In this document: one piece after another, positions 51,163 to 60,386 of the stretch | Layout: every line of letters starts with the position of its first letter | Position numbering within the stretch: position 1 is the first letter of the stretch | Source of the DNA: Gemmatimonadota bacterium | Lineage (GTDB): Bacteria; Gemmatimonadota; Gemmatimonadetes; Gemmatimonadales; GWC2-71-9 | DNA length: 64,000 nucleotides | Direction of reading: 5' to 3' | Assembly: GCA_036679605.1 (NCBI GenBank) | Contig: JAZDCZ010000327.1 | Span: forward strand, 1 to 64,000 | Made by a program: the position numbers and the translations under genes | The notes under the pieces: model-generated | What the model was told of the DNA's origin: nothing | What the model saw: only the letters and a program-made list of their open reading frames with translations | The model's database searches: none

Positions 51163-52761
51163 TCACACTCGGCTCCTGAATCGAGATAGGTCAACGCCAT
51201 GGACTCTCACTTTCCACGCAAGAGTCTCATGGTCTCCGCCAAGCTCGATCCGAGAGAGATCAAACAAATCCGAGCCAGGAAAGTTTTCTCCGGGCATGTC
51301 TGTGAAGCTCGCCCCATATCCCGCTTCTCGGACAACTGGCCGCCAATTGTCGGGCACATCATCAGCCTGACCAAACGGATAAGCCATAAGGAGATCGGTG
51401 GACCCGAGGTTCTCTCTCAACGCTTCTATCGGCGCCGTTACCTCGTAGGCTAAGCGCTCTTCGTCCAGCTCCGAAAGCCGTGCATGAGTTGCCGAATGAG
51501 CCCCGATTTCCCATCCTTGCGCCTGCAAACATCGAAGCTCATCCCATCCCATCACATCCAAAAACTGCTGGACTGAACTGTCCAAATCGTGTTGGAACCG
51601 ACGATCCGTGTCCACCATATCGGTCGGGACGAAGCAGCAACCGACTATGCCAGCACGCTTCATTATGGGTCTAGCCTGATTGAAGACGCTCCGATAACCA
51701 TCGTCGAACGTCAGAACTGCACAAGCCCGACGCAAACCCCGCGAAGACTTAATGAGTTCAACCGCTTCGCCGGCCGGAATCACTCGGTGGTGTTTCATCA
51801 CGTATTGTACCTGGCGCTCAAATACGGCAGGTGAGACTGTCATCCCGTCGCGGCAAAGATCCGTCACACGGTGGAAATTGAAGACGCGAACTGGATGACG
51901 GGCTGTCGCTGTGCGCCACAGATCCCTCAGGGGGCGAAGTACCGTTAGCACGAGAATCGAGACTAGCATCTTCGGCCAATGACCAGGCTTCGAGTTCCAG
52001 TACCCATACCGCCGCAAGGCGTTCCGGACCTGTACTTTGATCCGCTGCGACACCAGTGGTTGCTTGAAAGTGCACCCACCGGGTGCTTGAGGGTGAGAAG
52101 ACGTTTCTCCAATGGAAACTCCCGCCAGCACTCTTGACAATATCGACCGCCCCATCTCAACGGCTCGGGATTCCACATCACTGATGCCGTCGTTCTCGTA
52201 CACGTGAGCTACCGCTTCTTCGATGATGTCTCCTGTATCCAACCCCTCGTTCATCCAATGTACCGATGCCCCGATCTGTCTCGCACCCTTGAAGATTTCC
52301 CAGAACCCGGGAGGCGCGCCCCTGAAATCCGGCAGCTTGCCACAATGAACGTTAATGGTGCCCTTCACAGGGATCGTGAACAAACTTGGCTTCAGAATGG
52401 GTGCTCCTATCGAGAGTCCCAAGTCGGGACCCCATTCTCTGACTTTTGACAAGGTGTCGCCGAAATGGATATTGTTGGACTCAATCCTAGTCACACGGGT
52501 TTCCCAGCGTTCCTCACTGCTAACTGTCGGGTGCCGGAACAATCTCCCCGCAATGGCTCTGACGAGGCGGTAAATGCGATACGGAACGAAGATGAGCCCG
52601 TGCTTACGAACATTCCGCCCGAATCTCCGGGCAACACTTGCCCAATCGTTGGGTGTTGTCTTCCTGCAGATGAGCACCGCATCAAGGCCAGGATTATTCA
52701 TTACCACAGGCCACCAGTCGGTTGACTCAATGTCAAGGGTAGTAAATAGTACGATTCTCAC
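51163..52761 (-). CDS. Formyltransferase-polysaccharide deacetylase fusion
   Basis: N-terminal INVHCGKLPDFRGAPP and HWMNEGLDTGDII. C-terminal FHRV, LTFDDGY, GAHSATH, AYPFG. Confidence 0.85.
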   Translation of the reverse strand: MRIVLFTTLDIESTDWWPVVMNNPGLDAVLICRKTTPNDWASVARRFGRNVRKHGLIFVPYRIYRLVRAIAGRLFRHPTVSSEERWETRVTRIESNNIHFGDTLSKVREWGPDLGLSIGAPILKPSLFTIPVKGTINVHCGKLPDFRGAPPGFWEIFKGARQIGASVHWMNEGLDTGDIIEEAVAHVYENDGISDVESRAVEMGRSILSRVLAGVSIGETSSHPQAPGGCTFKQPLVSQRIKVQVRNALRRYGYWNSKPGHWPKMLVSILVLTVLRPLRDLWRTATARHPVRVFNFHRVTDLCRDGMTVSPAVFERQVQYVMKHHRVIPAGEAVELIKSSRGLRRACAVLTFDDGYRSVFNQARPIMKRAGIVGCCFVPTDMVDTDRRFQHDLDSSVQQFLDVMGWDELRCLQAQGWEIGAHSATHARLSELDEERLAYEVTAPIEALRENLGSTDLLMAYPFGQADDVPDNWRPVVREAGYGASFTDMPGENFPGSDLFDLSRIELGGDHETLAWKVRVHGVDLSRFRSRV

Positions 52762-52812
52762 TTCACCAGTCTGGCCAAGTCGAACGATACAGCGGTTGGG
52801 CATTCACCGACA

Positions 52813-54012
52813 CTAGTCCGATAGGTTGACGACCGTTGACTTGGGGGCCTCTCGCCGAGTCGGCTCCCAAATAGGGTTCAACTCTCCTCGAAGCGCGTTG
52901 AGCCACGCGTGCATCCCTGCGACCAATCCCAGCGCAAAATACCCTGGAAGGGCAACGAACCGTGGCATCGCACGGGAAGCAGGCCAGAACCAAGCAACCG
53001 CAGCATCGAGCCCAAAGATGGCCACCACGAGAACCACGATCGGCAGAGCCGGCGTCGACGCCGCCACGACCACCAGTCCGATCAATGCCGCCAGTGTGCC
53101 CCAGGGAACCAGCCACCGCACCAACTTGTGACTCACCAGCATCCAGCCAAACCACCCATGTTTGAGTGGATTCAATAGATGACGCTTGTAGTAAAGTGTC
53201 TCGAGGCCGCGGGTCATCGTGCGCACCTTTCGGCGGTACTCGTGGCGGAGCGATCCCTGGCGCGGCACGAAGCAAACGGCGTCCGAAACCGACACCGATC
53301 GGTAACCGTGTTCCTTAGCGATAAGCGGCGCCGCAAAATCACGGCTCAGTGCATCCGGAACTACGTGCTCGTGCAAATCTGCTCTGGTTGCGAAGAAGCA
53401 TCCGGACGCCCCGACGATACCGCCGGCTTTGGTTTCCCGCTCACGCACCCACATCTCGTATCCCACGTAGCGTGACTCACCCACGTTGGCATCGCGCTCG
53501 CCACTCACAACGCTCACGTCGCGGCCGGACGCAATACCTACCGTTTCATCGAGGAACGCCGCGACAAGCGGCTTGAGCGAGTTGGGGGCCAGTCGCACAG
53601 AGGCATCGGTATTGACCACGACCTCGCCTATGACGTGGTGTCGAGCAGCGTTCTCGGCAGCGGTCTTGCCCGATCTCTCTGCCTGTCTGAATAGCTCAAC
53701 CCCTCGGCCCGCGTAACTCTTGACAATCTCATCGGTGCGATCGGTCGATGCATCGGATACGACCAGGATGTGTTTTAGGTGTGATGGATAATCGACGGCG
53801 AGAAGGACATCCAAGGTCCGGGCAATCACGTGCTCCTCGTTGTAAACCGGCAGCACGATAGTGATCTCGGGCCACTCGTCGGGCTCCACGTACGCCGAGT
53901 GACGTGACTTTCTACCCAGCACGAGCAGGATGAGCGGATACAGCACGTAGGCGTAGAGACCGACACTCAATCCGACGGCGACTAGGATCCAACCCACCAG
54001 GCTCAGTGACAT
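52813..54012 (-). CDS. GT2 glycosyltransferase (membrane-anchored)
   Basis: PVYNEE, SDASTDRTD, GKTAA, TDA, EYRRKVR, SHKLVRW. Confidence 0.9.
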   Translation of the reverse strand: MSLSLVGWILVAVGLSVGLYAYVLYPLILLVLGRKSRHSAYVEPDEWPEITIVLPVYNEEHVIARTLDVLLAVDYPSHLKHILVVSDASTDRTDEIVKSYAGRGVELFRQAERSGKTAAENAARHHVIGEVVVNTDASVRLAPNSLKPLVAAFLDETVGIASGRDVSVVSGERDANVGESRYVGYEMWVRERETKAGGIVGASGCFFATRADLHEHVVPDALSRDFAAPLIAKEHGYRSVSVSDAVCFVPRQGSLRHEYRRKVRTMTRGLETLYYKRHLLNPLKHGWFGWMLVSHKLVRWLVPWGTLAALIGLVVVAASTPALPIVVLVVAIFGLDAAVAWFWPASRAMPRFVALPGYFALGLVAGMHAWLNALRGELNPIWEPTRREAPKSTVVNLSD

Positions 54013-54022
54013 GTGCTGCGCC

Positions 54023-55708
54023 CTAGTTCACGTCACTGATCTGCCGCGGCTTCAACACCCACCCACCAAACCCATCTGGCACTAGGATTCCTCTAGCCGT
54101 GATGGATGCCCCCGGTATCATCCCGGTCACATTAAAACGTGGCGGTGCTGCAGCACCACCCACCAACACGATTTTCAGCGGGCCCGAACCGTCGTCGACC
54201 GTCACAACAAAGTTGGTATCTACGGTAGCAGTATCGGTGATCGGCGCAGTCAAAACTTGCGCGAACGCAGCGTCGAGTCTTCCCCCATCAGCAGTAGCTG
54301 CAATTCCCGTTGTCACCTGCTCTGGTGGCGGCGTGTTACCGAAACTCAGAACGAACGCCGTCACATTATCCATGATCGGCTGCCCATCGCGCATCGCCGT
54401 CGTACCGACCAATCTCACACTGTCGCCAGCGAAGCTCGTTATCTGAGCCACACGTGTCGCCATGATGGTGCCCGAGCTGTCCGACACACTGATCGTACTA
54501 TCCCCAAAGGCAGTCCACGAATTGAGAGCCACACCGTCAATGAACACACGCGCCCCCGCGGCCATCCCGCGCACCCTCCCAATCGACAACACCGGCACGT
54601 CCAGCGTCACATCCGCCGCAGACCTCGGCTTGAGTCGCCACGATCCCGCTCCGTCGGACACAAGAACACCCTTAAGTGTCGTCAAGTCCGCACCCGGTAT
54701 CAAAAATGGTCCCAGGTTGAACGTGATGTCGCCGTCCAATGCGACGTCCAACGCTCCCGATCCGTCGTCTACGGTGACGACGAGGTCGTTGGTGACGGTC
54801 GCAGTGTCGGTGATCCTCGCGCTGTCGATGACTACGAAAGCTGCATCCAATACGCTCCCGTTCGCAGCCGCGGCGGTCACAGTGGTGAGAGTGTCAGGCA
54901 CGGGCAACTCGGCGATTGCAAGCACCAGGGGAGCGCGCCGGTCGAGATTCAACACCGGCTGGCCGTCCCTGGTCGCCATCGTGCCACGCAGGCGCACACT
55001 GTCGCCCGGAAAGGCCACGCCTAATCCGGTCTTGATCGCCCTGATCGTGCCCGACGTATCGGCCACGTGCATTGTCGAATCACCGAACGTACCGGCGGTG
55101 TTGAGCGCAATTCCATCTACGAACACCTTGCTTCCCACCGGAAGCGCCCTGGCCTCGGCCGCGAGCAACAGCGGAAAGCTGATTGCCACCGCGATGTCCA
55201 CCGAGTCGTCCGGCGTCACCCGGATGTCAGCCGTGTCGATCCGCGCCACTATAGTGGTGTCGCCGATCGTGGTGGTGTCCACCACCACGCGGTAATCTCC
55301 CACGGGTACCGACGAGAGATCCAACACACCCTGGTCGTCCGATGTGGCAATCACCACGGTGTCCGACGTCCCCGCAGCCAACAGCGCCACCCTAACCTGC
55401 GCCAACGGAGTGTCGTTTACATCGGGCTCGCGATTCGCGTTCGCATCAAAGTAGACCAGCCCGGTCAACACCCCGCTCGTCTGAATCGCCAATACGCGAT
55501 CTTCCCCCGCACCGGTACAGGCCGTGCCGAGAAACCCTGCGACAGCCGCCACGAACAGAAATTGCTTCCCATGAACCCCCAAGCTGCCGCTTGGGGTTAG
55601 ATGGGGCTCTCCTATCCCTATCCAACCAGCTGCCGGTCTAACCCCAGGCGCAAGCCTGGGGCTCCCGACAACGCAGGACTCTCCACTCCGTACTCCCTTG
55701 TTATTCAT
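54023..55708 (-). CDS. Secreted lipoprotein with an SdrD-B-like domain and tandem OB-fold-like repeats
   Basis: FLGTAC lipobox and GLVYFDANAN. Two long repeats (VFxDGxALN..FGDST..DxSGTI..GDSVRL.GT..RDGQP..LDAAF..ITDTATV..VTVDDGSG..W.LKPR). Start uncertain. Confidence 0.75.
   Translation of the reverse strand: MNNKGVRSGESCVVGSPRLAPGVRPAAGWIGIGEPHLTPSGSLGVHGKQFLFVAAVAGFLGTACTGAGEDRVLAIQTSGVLTGLVYFDANANREPDVNDTPLAQVRVALLAAGTSDTVVIATSDDQGVLDLSSVPVGDYRVVVDTTTIGDTTIVARIDTADIRVTPDDSVDIAVAISFPLLLAAEARALPVGSKVFVDGIALNTAGTFGDSTMHVADTSGTIRAIKTGLGVAFPGDSVRLRGTMATRDGQPVLNLDRRAPLVLAIAELPVPDTLTTVTAAAANGSVLDAAFVVIDSARITDTATVTNDLVVTVDDGSGALDVALDGDITFNLGPFLIPGADLTTLKGVLVSDGAGSWRLKPRSAADVTLDVPVLSIGRVRGMAAGARVFIDGVALNSWTAFGDSTISVSDSSGTIMATRVAQITSFAGDSVRLVGTTAMRDGQPIMDNVTAFVLSFGNTPPPEQVTTGIAATADGGRLDAAFAQVLTAPITDTATVDTNFVVTVDDGSGPLKIVLVGGAAAPPRFNVTGMIPGASITARGILVPDGFGGWVLKPRQISDVN
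55574..55666. repeat. Inverted pair of REP-like hairpins (REPIN/BIME-like)
   Basis: AACCCCCAAGC-TGCC-GCTTGGGGTTAGA followed by TCTAACCCCAGGC-GCAA-GCCTGGGGCT in opposite orientation. Confidence 0.7.
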
Positions 55709-58664
55709 AATTGACCCTTATGCCAATCCTCACCGCTCGCCCCAAACCCCGCCGCACGACCGGTTTCCCAAAGTCCGGGTTTGCCACTAACGGCACCGTA
55801 ACCACCCCCGTCGCAGCGTCGACACTTAAGCTGCCGGATCCGTCTACCAGGTAGAGTGCTCTGTCGAGATCTGCAACGTCGGAATCCAACAGGTTGAGCC
55901 CGTCAATTGTCACAGTGATTGGATAGGTACCGAGACGCACGGCGCTCAAGCTCAACCTCAAATCGAGCGTTTCGATCTTGTCACCCCTGCACGAGTTGCG
56001 CTTGGCGAAGGCGCCGACCTGGCCTCTGAGACAACCCCACTGGTTGAACAGATCGGAGATTCCGGCAACTTGATCGTCGATAAACGCGGGATCGTTGCGA
56101 AACGATCCGTCGCCGTTAGCATCGACTCCGTTCCGGAATCCCGGCGTAAACGGCAAACCCGATTGCACGCGATAGAAACCCGCCAGCGACACGGAGCCCA
56201 CGTTGAGTTCGGCACCAAATGTGAAGCGGTCGGGCACGTCGAAGTCCGAACGGGCATCCGCCCAGTCCGCACCGTTCAAGCTGTCGGGAAACGGCGTGAG
56301 TTGGAGCCCCGGTCCACCTCCCCGCCCCGAAAGCCAGTTGTCCTCGGCGCGTGAATGGGTGTAGCTCGCGAACAGGTTCAAGTCTTTGGTCAGGCGGCGC
56401 TCTAGCCGTGCAGTGAGACTCCAGTAGTCCGACTGGCCGTCAGCATCTAGCGCGCTCACGGTGCCGAAGCCCTGAAACCGCCGATTGGACCCCGGGTCGG
56501 CCGCGAGCAGTCCGCCGCGCTGGATCATCGTGCCGAAGAGCGGGCGGCCGTATTGATCGCGGCTGGCGGGAGCCGGCAGCAAGTTGAGGTCGTGACGCCG
56601 TGCCAGAAAATCGGTGTGGCGGTACGCGCCCGAGACGTCCAGCGTAGTGGCGACGTCGATCGGGATCGTCACTCCTCCCGAGATACGCGTCGACCTGGGC
56701 GGCTCGAAGTCGGGCCCTAGCAGCGCCAGATTGGGGCCCTGAACCGCGGCCACCGCCGAGTCAGGAGGATTGGGCCAGCTACTCAAGGTTCCGAGCCCGA
56801 TCCGCATCTGGCCGCTGCCCGACTGCGCAGCCAACTCCGAAAACGTACCGGCGTCGACCGAGCCGTAGTGCACCGTCGCGTCGGCCCGAACCTGCCAGCG
56901 TCTGGGCCCAGCGGAATTCCACACCAAGCCGAACCTGGGGCTGAACTTGGTAATGGTCTTATCTATGCTCGTGTTGGAAAGACCTGTCCGATCGCGCCAA
57001 GTATCGTTGAGCGCAATCTCGTTGTTGGGCAGAACTTCGATATCCACTCTGAAGCCACCCGTCAGGTCGAGGCCCGGTATCGGCGACCACGAATCTTGAA
57101 GGAACAAGCCAAACTCCGACGTGGAGTACTTGGCCTCAGGTACCTGCCCTACCGATTGGACGAACAGGCCGTCGCGCACCGCTAGGCCCGCCACGTCGGC
57201 AAACAGAAACTGGCCGCCGCGCCCGAAGTCGAAAGTGTAATCGATCGAGCTGAACGTGCCGCCGGCGCCCAACTTGAACCGGTGTGGTCCCGCTCTAAGG
57301 TGCAGGGTCTCGCTCAGCCTGACCCCGAAACGTTTGAAGTCTCCGGGTAGGGCAGGATCGCTGCCGAACGCCACGGGGCCGGAGATCAACACCGTCACCG
57401 GGAGATCACCCGCACTGTAGTCACGCTCGCTGAACTCGATGCCCAATCGCAATTCGAGGCCCAGCTTGGACGAAAACGCAGATGTAAGGCTAGCCAACGC
57501 CGAGGCGTCAGTCCCGTCCAACTTGGCACCACGTGCAGCCGGGCTGAGCGGTCCCAGGTCGGGATCGTCAGCCGAGATGGTGGCCACGTTGGCGCGCACG
57601 GTGAGCGCGTTCTTGAGACCGAATTGCCAATCCACCCGGCCGAACGCCGAAATCAGGTCGGTCGATGCCTGGCGCGGGTTTACATAGGGCGAGAGATCCA
57701 CGGCGAACGAATCCGCCGCGACCGAGACGAGCGATGAATCCAAACTCGTCGGCTCCCACGCCCGCGGCAGCGGGGTCTCCAATCTCCTCGCCTCAACCCC
57801 CAAAACGAAATACGATGTGTCCCTTACTATCGGGCCGGTCAGGAGCAACCCGCCGCGCACGGTGGTCTGAGATACGTCCTCGGGATTGAAATGGTCAGAA
57901 CTCGTGAGTGCGTCGCCGATCCAATCGCCGAACGCCTTCACCTCGAGCTGCTGCGTGCCGCGCCTGGTGTACCCTGTCAGCGAAGCGGCTGCAAAGCCGC
58001 CGTATTCGACGTCCACACCGCTGGTCAGGAGACTCAACTCTTCGAAAAAGGACATCGCGAACGGCGCCGTCTGGAACATGGGTGCGGCAAGTCCCGGATT
58101 GCCGGTTCCGGAATACCCCACCCCGTCCACCACCACTCCGGCAAATCTGCTGGGCAGACCCTCCGTAGCCAATTGCCCGGTCGATACGCTCGAGAACCTA
58201 CCCAACTCGGCCAGTTCCCTCGTTCTCAACGGCAGCCGCTCCAGCTCGAGCCTAGAGAAACTGCGGGCACCCTCCTGGCCGTTCAAGGCGCCACCGCCCG
58301 CGAAATCGATCTCGGTGATCTCGGTGATCGGTGGGGTCGCAGGCGTTAGGTATACCTGTAGGCGAGCCTTCCTGGCAGGCCGGACCGGCACGTGGCGCAC
58401 CAGGACCGGCCGGTCTCCCAGCCGCTCAGCGAAGACGCTGTATTCGCCCGGCGGCAGAAAGATGAACTCGAACTCGCCGTCGCTGCCCGTCTCCACTTCC
58501 CGTTGAAGACCCGTGGTCGTCTCTGTCAGGATCACGTGCACCCCGTCAGCCGGCTCGCCGGTTCCCGTCACGACGACTCCTCCGACCGTGCCGGAAACGA
58601 TGCTTTGGGCCTGAACTGTGGATGTTAGTGCTGCCGCTATGATTGCGAATGCCAAAACGCGCAA
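55701..58664 (-). CDS. TonB-dependent receptor (Oar-like) with an N-terminal carboxypeptidase-regulatory-like domain
   Basis: Signal peptide ending VQA-QS. GTVGGVV..LPPGEYSV, FLQDSW, FSPRFG, DANGDG..ND, C-terminal IGIRVNY. TTG start after AGGAG. Confidence 0.88.
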   Translation of the reverse strand: MRVLAFAIIAAALTSTVQAQSIVSGTVGGVVVTGTGEPADGVHVILTETTTGLQREVETGSDGEFEFIFLPPGEYSVFAERLGDRPVLVRHVPVRPARKARLQVYLTPATPPITEITEIDFAGGGALNGQEGARSFSRLELERLPLRTRELAELGRFSSVSTGQLATEGLPSRFAGVVVDGVGYSGTGNPGLAAPMFQTAPFAMSFFEELSLLTSGVDVEYGGFAAASLTGYTRRGTQQLEVKAFGDWIGDALTSSDHFNPEDVSQTTVRGGLLLTGPIVRDTSYFVLGVEARRLETPLPRAWEPTSLDSSLVSVAADSFAVDLSPYVNPRQASTDLISAFGRVDWQFGLKNALTVRANVATISADDPDLGPLSPAARGAKLDGTDASALASLTSAFSSKLGLELRLGIEFSERDYSAGDLPVTVLISGPVAFGSDPALPGDFKRFGVRLSETLHLRAGPHRFKLGAGGTFSSIDYTFDFGRGGQFLFADVAGLAVRDGLFVQSVGQVPEAKYSTSEFGLFLQDSWSPIPGLDLTGGFRVDIEVLPNNEIALNDTWRDRTGLSNTSIDKTITKFSPRFGLVWNSAGPRRWQVRADATVHYGSVDAGTFSELAAQSGSGQMRIGLGTLSSWPNPPDSAVAAVQGPNLALLGPDFEPPRSTRISGGVTIPIDVATTLDVSGAYRHTDFLARRHDLNLLPAPASRDQYGRPLFGTMIQRGGLLAADPGSNRRFQGFGTVSALDADGQSDYWSLTARLERRLTKDLNLFASYTHSRAEDNWLSGRGGGPGLQLTPFPDSLNGADWADARSDFDVPDRFTFGAELNVGSVSLAGFYRVQSGLPFTPGFRNGVDANGDGSFRNDPAFIDDQVAGISDLFNQWGCLRGQVGAFAKRNSCRGDKIETLDLRLSLSAVRLGTYPITVTIDGLNLLDSDVADLDRALYLVDGSGSLSVDAATGVVTVPLVANPDFGKPVVRRGLGRAVRIGIRVNYE

Positions 58665-58697
58665 AAGATTTGCTCCTGTGAGTGCAGCCCGGCTGGG

Positions 58698-58713
58698 TGC
58701 AAGGAGGGCGCCC
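58698..58713 (-). promoter_or_regulatory. Candidate sigma-54 promoter (-24/-12)
   Basis: Minus strand GGGCGCCCTCCTTGCA (GG-N10-GC with TTGCA), about 35 nt upstream of the receptor start. Confidence 0.4.
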
Positions 58714-58932
58714 GGTGGGGGTCTGGTGCAGTTTACCGACGTTGTTGCCGTAAGTTGGTGTAAAACAACATCATAGGAGAATCGAGCAGTACGGCGCTGC
58801 CTGACCGACGGTGGCGAATAGTAACACTGTTGCGGGGATGCTACATGGGAGTGGGGATGTGAAATGTGAAAGGTGAAAGAATACGGACGACACCGGCTGA
58901 AACCGGACGCACGGAATCCCGTATGCGAACAC

Positions 58933-59529
58933 ATGAGCCGCAATACCGATCTCTCCACCGGCTCCGACCGCGACATCGTGCGCTCCGCACGCGCGGGCCA
59001 CGAAGACGCGTACGCCGAGCTGGTGCGCCGCTACCGCCGCCGCGTGCTCGAGTCCATCTATCGCATCGTCCGCCACGAGGAGCGCACGAACGACCTCGCA
59101 CAAGAAACCTTCGTCAAGGCGTTCAACGCGCTCGACCGCTACCATTCCGAGCGCCACTTCCTACCCTGGATCCGCACCATCGCCACCAACTCGGCTTCCG
59201 ACTATGTCCGCCGCAAACGCCCGGACCGCGCCGATTCCCCCTGGGCCGTGACCCCCCGGCGCATCGATGCTGAGCGGATCTTCGTACCCGGCCCCACGGA
59301 CACCCCGGCGGCGGAACGAGAGAGATGTGACGCCGCTGCCGCGGTTCGCCGGGCCCTGAAACGGCTCAAACCCAAGTACCGCCGCTGCGTCACGTTGCGC
59401 TACGTCCACAACCGCTCGTACGAGGAGATCGCGCGGCTGATGGGCGTGCCCGTGGGCACGGTCGGCACCTACCTCCACCGCGCGCTCAAAGACCTGAGGC
59501 GGATAATCGAGAACAGCCCAACCCCGTAA
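58933..59529 (+). CDS. ECF sigma-70 factor
   Basis: AYAELVRRY, DLAQETFVKAF, FLPWIRTIATN, SYEEIARLMGVPVGTVGTYLHRA. Confidence 0.92.
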   Translation: MSRNTDLSTGSDRDIVRSARAGHEDAYAELVRRYRRRVLESIYRIVRHEERTNDLAQETFVKAFNALDRYHSERHFLPWIRTIATNSASDYVRRKRPDRADSPWAVTPRRIDAERIFVPGPTDTPAAERERCDAAAAVRRALKRLKPKYRRCVTLRYVHNRSYEEIARLMGVPVGTVGTYLHRALKDLRRIIENSPTP

Positions 59530-59766
59530 CCGCCTACCCCTGCCGCCGCAGGATCTCGTAACTCCCTGCCCCGTAGTGACTTCCAAGAACCCCGCTGAAA
59601 GAAAATCGGGCCCTTCCCGTATACCAGAATAGGGACCAGTGCGACGCCGCGCCCCGGCCGAGAGGTCGGGACCGAGCACTGCTGGTCACGTCCCAGACGC
59701 GAAAGGAGACTCCATGGCCGCCCACATCCTCCAAACCCCGCGGAGAGCCGACGCAGGCTACGACGA

Positions 59767-59795
59767 CGTAAGTCAATGTCACTACTTGACTTACG
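59767..59795. promoter_or_regulatory. Palindrome with perfect 10-bp arms
   Basis: CGTAAGTCAA-tgtcactac-TTGACTTACG immediately before the 21-bp array. Confidence 0.6.
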
Positions 59796-59799
59796 GCGT

Positions 59800-60345
59800 T
59801 TCAAGCACCGTTCCGGATGGCTCAAACCGAATTTCGATCGGGTCAAACCGAAATCCGGGTGCCGCGATCGAACATCCGGGTGCGGCGACGGAAGTTCCGG
59901 ATGTAGCGGTCCGAGTTCCCTGTACGGCGAACCCAACTTCGCCCGTTCCAATCGGAACTCCGGGCCTGCCGATCAGAGTGCCGGATGCGCCGATCCGAGT
60001 TTCGGGCGTACCGATCCGAGTTTCGGTCGTACCGATCCGAGTTTCGGTCGTACCGATCCGAGTTTCGGGCGTACCGATCCGAGTTTCGGGCGTGCCGATC
60101 CGAGTTCCGGGTACGCCGGCGCGAGTTCCGGGCGTGCCGATCCGAGTTCCGGGTACGCCGGCGCGAGTTCCGGGCGTGCCGATCCAAAACGCGGCCACCG
60201 TAATCCGACTTCCGGACCTGCCAAGCCAAACTGCGGGCGTGGCGCCCGGAATTGCCGGCGGGCCGATCGGAATTCCCGGCGCGCCACGCCGAGTTGCGAC
60301 CGACGCTTCCGGAATTCGGTTCGACCTGTCCGGAGTTCGGCGAAA
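59800..60345. repeat. Tandem array of 21-bp repeats (about 25 units; conserved core 59990-60178)
   Basis: CCGATCCGAGTTTCGG(G/T)CGT(A/G) x5, then CCGATCCGAGTTCCGGGTACG and CCGGCGCGAGTTCCGGGCGTG alternating x2. Degenerate units keep the 21-bp phase on both sides. Confidence 0.9.
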
Positions 60346-60386
60346 CCTCATTTCACCACCCTTTCACCCGTACCAGGAGGTGCATT

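Noticed and set aside
59800..60345. CRISPR array
   Set aside because: The repeats are contiguous with no unique spacers, and there are no cas genes in the window.
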